Part shown: piece by piece, positions 32,370 through 38,845 of the stretch
Layout of the letters: every line of letters starts with the position of its first letter
How positions within the stretch are numbered: the stretch's first letter is position 1
Assembly (NCBI RefSeq): GCF_001194135.2
Contig: NC_068988.1
Location: 83,844,288-83,883,132, forward strand
Source: Octopus bimaculoides
Lineage: Eukaryota
DNA length: 38,845 nucleotides
Direction of reading: 5' to 3'
Program-made: the position numbers and the translations under genes
The notes under the pieces: model-generated
Told to the model about the DNA's origin: nothing
Databases searched by the model: none
Seen by the model: only the letters and a program-made list of their open reading frames with translations

Positions 32370-33506
32370 AATTACTATTTCTTCCACATTGCCACAGTGG
32401 TGTGGTAGTACATACTGGTTGATTCTATTGGGGGACGAGATAATTGTTCATCAATTTTTGATACTGGGCCTAAAGATATTTCCTTTGTTCTACTCAGAAT
32501 TTTCACTGGCAGAATTCTGGGGACTGGAGCTTGTTCTTCATTATTTTCATTTTCCTTGTTTTTCCCAAGTCTTCTCAGTTCTTTCAGATGTGTTTTATTC
32601 AGACAAGTGTAACAACTAAGCCTTCTGCCTTGTATCATTAATCTCTCACTCCTTATCTTGGCACCTTCTACTGGGCACAACTTCACTGTGGCTTTCAGAA
32701 GTGATTAGGGCTTGCTCCTTCATTTTGAAGACCCCTGATCACAAGTCACCTTTCATTAACCTTTGTTCACTCTTTCCCACACTGTGACATTAAAGTCACC
32801 ACAAGCCATGCAACAATATTGGATCCAATCTCTTTTATAATGACTCTTGTGTTTCATTGAACCATGTATTGGAGTATAAACATATTGTCAGAGGCGTGTC
32901 TGGTTATTTCAGCCAATATTTTGGCTGCATCTTCAGTTTTAAAGGTAATGTAGCATTTGCCTTTTTCAATTGAAATAATTTCTCCAAGTCTAGAAGAACT
33001 TATGGCATTACATGACATGAGGGAAAATTTAACCTAATTAAACAGAGGTGTATAATTTTTCCGTTTGATCTCTCCCGAATTATTTCTCATGGCAAAGAAA
33101 TGCTGTGTTCAGTTTCACAAAACTATCCAATCTACATTTTTCTTTGTAACTGTGATAAATCTAAAAGTTCCATCTGTCTATTTTGCATTGGTGGAAGGCT
33201 TGTCTTCACACAGCTTCTATAAGAATGAACTGCAGTATTTGGAATCATGTACAATCACTGCTGCCATTGTTCTTGTTATAACTGTTGCTGTCTTCCAAAT
33301 GACATTTTAGAGTTTTTAGGACATTTTCTTCTATTAATTATACACCATGCTCATTCCTTTTCTTCTTTCATAGATTTAGTTATGTGTTTTGATTTAGTGT
33401 CGATCATTTGGCCATTGTAGTGTTTTGTTATGTGGTATAATTATGTGTGGTAGCCATTTTGGTTGTGAAAATATAATACAGGTAAATGAAATTTTAAAGT
33501 TTGTGA
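32370..33506 (-). mobile_element. Possible LINE (L1/Tx1-like) ORF1 relic with RRM-like segment and degenerate zinc knuckle
   Basis: RLGEIISIEKGKCYITFKTEDAAK (RNP1-like) and GRRLSCYTCLNKTHL (CX2CX4H, last Cys lost), with many stops. The boundaries are uncertain. Confidence 0.45.
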
Positions 33507-33671
33507 TAAAAACCTCTTTCCTTCTGTTATCTATCAAGAGTAGCCCCTCATAAGGCAATTATAATACTCTTAACAAGTACTGCAATGAAAATTTTATTTA
33601 GCAATACCCGAATAGCTTATGTTTTTAAGAGATAAGCAAAGACTGACATCTTCAGAGAAAGAAGGAGATAA

Positions 33672-33752
33672 AGAAGAAGAAGAAGAAGAAGACGAAGAAG
33701 AAGAAGAAGAAGAAGAAGAAGAAGAAGAGCAACAACAACAGCAACAGCAACA
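33672..33752. repeat. (GAA)n followed by (CAA/CAG)n microsatellite
   Basis: Direct trinucleotide repeats. Confidence 0.95.
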
Positions 33753-33774
33753 ATAATTATTTCTAATTTTAGAA

Positions 33775-33920
33775 ACAATTAGGCACAAGTCCAGTAAATA
33801 TTTATACTTGTCTGGTACCTTATTTTATCAGCTGCAGAGAAATGATAAGCAAATTGACTTTCGTGGGATTTGAACTCAGAATGTAAAGAGCCACAATAAA
33901 CGCCACAAAGCATTGTCTTT
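33775..33920 (-). mobile_element. Decayed tRNA-derived SINE fragment (4653 family)
   Basis: ggcacaag...ctggtaccttatttt...gggatttgaactcagaatgtaaag. Confidence 0.65.
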
Positions 33921-34232
33921 TAATGCTCCAACAATAAAGCACAAAGACAAACTAGTGTGGTGCAAGATAAGGTGATTAAATTTACTTCCAGTACTTGATT
34001 GGTACGTTATTTTACCAACCTCAGAAGACTAAAAGTCATAAGTATCCAAGATTTTATGGCAATGACCATAGGTTTTGAACCATTTTAAAAACATTTAATG
34101 GCCTTTTTAAAGAAGGACTATCTGATTCAACATCCTTGAGATACAATGGGATTGGAAACAATGAAATAATTTGATGCATAAAGATTTTATCTTTTTCCTT
34201 ACATATCTGCTGTTATTACATTATGAAATCAG

Positions 34233-34429
34233 AAGGTGAGGAGCTAGTAGAATTGTTAGCATGGTGGACTAAAACACTCTGCTGCATTTCTTTTAGTTTT
34301 ACATTCTGAGTTCAAATTCCACCAAGGTCAACTTTACCTTTCATTCTTCCAGGATCAATAAAATAAGTACCGGTTGAGTACTGAGGACTAGCCCACCTTG
34401 CCTAGAATTTCAGGATTTGTGCCTATCTA
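34233..34429 (+). mobile_element. tRNA-derived SINE (4653 family)
   Basis: ggtgaggagctagtagaattgttagc...GAGTTCAAATTCC (B-box-like)...aaataagtaccggttgagtactg...ttgtgcct. Confidence 0.75.
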
Positions 34430-35625
34430 TAAGGGTAGGTTGAAAAGTTCATTGGCTAACAATGAAGATGTGTTGCTAGAGCTGTGAAATCTTGAATACA
34501 TTAATTTCATCTCTTCTTATTACTAACTGCATTGTTTCTTGCCAGGTAAACAGGCATATGACTGTTAAAAGAAGACTTCAAAGAAACTAGTAGTGGCCTT
34601 TCTTGAAAGTGGAGAAAATTTGGCATTGTGGTGTTATCAAGTACCTGTAGAAAAAGGATTTATCTCACCAAGGACATTCATACAGACATGGCTGCAACTT
34701 TATGGGTTGATACCCTAGCTTTGTCAACAGTGCAAAAGTGGACAGCTGAATTTAGGAGGAGAAAGGAGAGTCTTGAAGATGACCCAACATCTGGACGTCT
34801 TGCAACTGCCACCATCAAGCAAAACATTGATTGTGTTGAACACATAGTGATGGATAACAGACGATTGACTATAAATCAAATAGCCAATGCTATTAGAATA
34901 TCCTGTGAGGTAGTTGAGGATACTTTGCACAATGAACATAGCATGAGGAAGGTTTCTGCTTGTGGGTGCCAGATCTTCTGACGCCTGATCAAAAGCACAC
35001 CAAGCTGATCACATAACAAGAAAAATCTGACTTTGTTTGAAGAAGATTCAACTGGTTTTCTCAAATGTTTCCAGACCTAGGATGAGTGTTGGCTTCATCA
35101 CTTTGAGCCAGAGACAGAGACAAACCATGCAGTGCAAACATCCCGCCTCATCTACTCCAAAGAAAGCCAAGTTTGTTTCATCTGCAGGGAAGGTGATGGC
35201 CTCGGTTTTGGGGGGATGCAAAAAGCATTGCATATATTGACTGTCTTCAAAATAACCATACCACCAATGGAGAGTGCTATGCCAACTTGCTGAGGCAGTT
35301 ATGAAAGTCTATCAAAACCAAGCACCCAAGAAAACTGATGAAAGGGGTCCTGTCTTATGAGGACAATGCTCTAGCATACCAGTCCTTGGTTTCAATGGGT
35401 ACTGTGTGTGGCTGTGACTTTCACCTGGTTGATCACCCCCTACTAGTCTTCTGATTTGGCCTCATCTGACTATCATCTGTTCCCTGACATAAAAATGCAC
35501 TTGGCTAGAAACCAGTATTGCAGTGATGATGATGTCATATCTGTTGATGACTTTTTGACTAAACAAGATGAAACTTTCTTCAGCAATGGGGTCCAAGCAC
35601 TGCAACACTGATGGAAGCATTCTGA
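34430..35625 (+). mobile_element. Mariner DD34D transposon, pseudogenised, right TIR not found
   Basis: Left end (T)AAGGGTAGGTTGAAAAGTTC. Translation: STVQKWTAEFRR...LEDDPTSGR...DNRRLTINQIA...*DECWLHHFEPE...SAGKVMASV...EDNALAY...SDYHLFP. Confidence 0.9.
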
Positions 35626-35869
35626 TAGATCCTGGAAATGACACAGTTATACATTTTCCAGTTTATCTATAAAATATTGGTACTGGGACCAGTAGGAAGG
35701 GTATAGATTTTCTCCCAAATCTGCCACAGTCAAATAACTACATACTTCAGTTTCAAAACATGATTACTGAAGTTATCTTTTACTTTGACTCCATTTCAAG
35801 GAATTTATTATTTGGGATCCATTAGTTGTGTTTAACAGCCATACAGAATTATTATTTTGTGCATACACC

Positions 35870-36133
35870 TGACTGGTTCCCATGCCAGTGGTGTGTAAAA
35901 AGTACCATTCGAACATGGTCAATGCTGGTGCTGCCTGACTGGCCCCCGTGCTGGTGGCACGTAAAAAGCACCCACTACACTCTCAGAGTGGTTGGCATTA
36001 GGAAGGGCACCCAGCTGTAGAAACCTTGCCAGATTAGATTGGTGCCTGGTGCAGCCTCCTGGCTTGCCAGTCCTCAGTCAAACTGTCCAACCCATGCCAC
36101 CATGGAAAACAGATGTTAAATGAGGATGATGAC
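35870..36133 (+). mobile_element. RTE 3'-UTR-derived repeat
   Basis: ggtggcacgtaaaaagcacccactacactctcagagtggttggcattaggaagggcacccagctgtagaaacc...gatgttaaatgaggatgatga. Confidence 0.85.
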
Positions 36134-37191
36134 TTCTCACATAGTCTTTTATATTTACATTCAATAAACACTTTATATAACCCTCTACATTTATTGCTTC
36201 ATGTTTCTCTACCTGTATCTTACATGTATATCATATATAATCTTCTACATTCTCCATCACTCATCATCATACATCTTACACACCACATATAGTCTTCAAT
36301 ATTCAGTGCCCCATGTTTTACACAACCCCTGTAGTCCTCTATATTCACTAACTTATGTTTCACTACTATATAGCCTCATGCATGTTACACACACATCATA
36401 GTCCTCACTATCCATGTTTCCCAACCAAACACCATCAAACATTTTGCACCCACTACACTTCATACTCAACATTCACTGCCCCATATTTTGCACCCAGTGC
36501 ACAGAATTACCATATAATCACATGCTTAACCCATGCCCTGCTATATACTGTTTTGAAATATTATTCCCCATTTCAATGAATCAATCAAAATTCATAGTCC
36601 CCAGAGCCTTTAACATACAAAAACAGAAACATTACCCTCTCCTTTTATATCCGCCAAAAGACTAAAGATTATTTTTTACAAACAACATAAGTAACAGTTT
36701 TCAATACCTCGCCCACCCTAGCCACTTCAACCTAATGGGAATGTAGACACACTGCTATATTATACATGTGGGAATATAACTGCCCCAATATTTATCTGAG
36801 AAAAAACAGCTGTTCTTGTATATGTTATTGGGAAGAACAGTTGATAAAGTAAGAAAGTTTAAACATTAAAGTAAAACAAGTAAACAAAATAATTAATTCA
36901 GATTTTATTTAGGTTTGAACCAAGAATATGTTTACATTTTTTAGCTGGGTTTCTTGCATAGTGGTTCCAAGTGGGGTTTTACTTTTTATATGTATTTGTT
37001 TTGCATATCTAAATATGCATATTTGTTGACAATTATATATACATATATGTCTGTATGTGTGTATGAGTGTGTGTGTGTGTGTATGTGTGTATTTGTGTGC
37101 ATGTGTGTACACACATATTTACACATACACTCATCACACACACACATGCAAACACACATGCACACACATGCATGCACACACACACACATAG

Positions 37192-37235
<44 letters not shown>

Positions 37236-37596
37236 ACACCACATACAGGTGTAGCTATAGGCACACATGTTGCTGTGGTGTTAAACATCTTGTTTTACAT
37301 GAATATTGTTCGTGTCTAGTCTTCCATGAAAAATATATCTGGCCATGGGAAATATTAATGTGCTCAGAAACAGGTGAGGACTGGCAACAGAAATACATGT
37401 ATATGTATATATAATATATGTATATCTATCAATCTATCTATCTATGTGTGTGTGTGTGTGTATTGGGTCATCCCATAAATAATGTGACATTTTCAATTGC
37501 TTGAACTAAAAGTCGGAGGGGGATGGGATAAACTACCTGCATCGACTTGCTATAAAAGCAGGTAGTAATTTTACCTTGTACTTATTCTTAGTGCAA

Positions 37597-38187
37597 GTAG
37601 TCGTGGTCACTGCTGGTGCCATGTAAATGGCACCTATGCACTGTAATCATGGTCATTGCTGGTGCCATATAGATATCACCCATGAATCGTATTGGTGGAA
37701 GGCTTGTCTTCACACAGCTTCTATAAGAATGAACTGCAGTATTTGGAATCATGTACAATCACTGCTGCCATTGTTCTTGTTATAACTGTTGCTGTCTTCC
37801 AAATGACATTTTAGAGTTTTTAGGACATTTTCTTCTATTAATTATACACCATGCTCATTCCTTTTCTTCTTTCATAGATTTAGTTATGTGTTTTGATTTA
37901 GTGTCGATCATTTGGTCATTGTAGTGTTTTGTTATGTGGTATAATTATGTGTGGTAGCCACTTTGGTTGTGAAAATATAATACAGGTAAATGAAATTTTA
38001 AAAGTTTGTGACATGGAAAAGCACCCATTACACTCCTGGAGTGGTTGGTGTTATGAAGGGCATCCAGCTTTAGAAACCATGATAAACCATACTGGAACCT
38101 GGTGCAGCTCTCCAGCTCGTCAGCTCCAGTCGAACCATCTAACCTATGCCAGCATAGAGAGCGGACATTAAATGATGATGATGATGA
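37597..38187 (+). mobile_element. Diverged RTE 3'-UTR-like repeat interrupted by a 321-bp copy of 33187-33506
   Basis: The left part has unit-like gctggtgccatgtaaatggcacc. The right part (38012-38187) has aaaagcacccattacactc...gaagggcatccagc...cggacattaaa(tga)n. Confidence 0.8.
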
Positions 38188-38478
38188 GGAACTTATTTAC
38201 CTAAATTTTAACATCATCTCCTTTGAAATAGTCACCCTGTGCTGCAATACACTGGTCCCAGTGTTCCTGTCCATGACAATTTCAGAGACTACAGCATATT
38301 CATGATCACAAAAACACAAATTTAACAATTTACAAAGTAAACACAATGAAGTCACTTGGTACTCTGCCTCAAGAAGATCACTACTAGGTCTTACTGTGCA
38401 CACTTCCATATGTTGTTATCTGTTGGCATGCCACAGAACTAGTCTAGGAACTTTTTGGTACACCACATATATATATAA

Positions 38479-38845
38479 GGCAGACTGTATGACGCATGCG
38501 TACGAACAACCATGCTACATGGCAGTGAAACATGGGCTGTAACTGCTGAGGACATACGTAAGCTCGCAAGGAATGAAGCCAGTATGCTCCGTTGGATGTG
38601 TAATGTCAATGTGAATACCCGTCAGAGTGTAAGTATCTTGAGAGAAAAGCTGAACATTAGAAGCATCAGTTGTGGCGTGCAAGAGAGACGATTGCGCTGG
38701 TATGGACATGTGGTGAGAATGGAGGAGGATAGCTGCGTGAAAAAGTGCCACACCCTAACAGTTGAGGGAACCCGTGGAAGAGGTAGGCCCAGGAAGACCT
38801 GGGCTGAGGTGGTGAGGCAAGACCTTCGTACATTGGGCCTCACCG
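38479..38845 (+). mobile_element. 5'-truncated RTE LINE ORF2 C-terminus, open frame, runs off window end
   Basis: GRLYDACVRTTMLHGSETWAVTAEDIRKLARNEASMLRWMCNV...RRLRWYGHVVRM...GRGRPRKTWAEVVRQDLRTLGLT with no stops; it starts at a (TA)n tract. Confidence 0.92.

Overview
This is eukaryotic, AT-rich, microsatellite-dense genomic DNA, almost entirely decayed transposable elements. The repeat families and TTAGGG repeat suggest a mollusc or cephalopod such as Octopus; that assignment is inference. Nine N-gaps are present: 636-1555, 3012-3722, 4643-4652, 5551-6291, 12036-12234, 14455-14949, 15862-16107, 25596-26131 and 30551-31061. No host protein-coding gene can be supported; only two weak exon-like segments were seen. 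Recognisable relics: RTE LINE pieces and their repeat-containing 3' UTRs, several tRNA-derived SINEs, six Tc1/mariner-superfamily elements (mariner DD34D, DD37D/maT-like, one DD36E-spaced Tc1), a pogo/Tigger element, a TTAA MITE, Ty3/Gypsy pol and LTR pieces, two R4/Dong-like RLE retrotransposons and Penelope-like elements. Four observations stand out. (1) Minimal type-I hammerhead ribozyme motifs with palindromic helix III occur in three unrelated Penelope-like sequences. (2) Two different R4/Dong-like elements sit in tandem inside (CATA)n microsatellite. (3) A perfect (TTAGGG)8 tract lies inside an integrase frame at a TAGGG seed. (4) Short stretches have been copied from a few kb away into other repeats, i.e. 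apparent templated insertions. All alignments and translations were done by eye; no database search was run.
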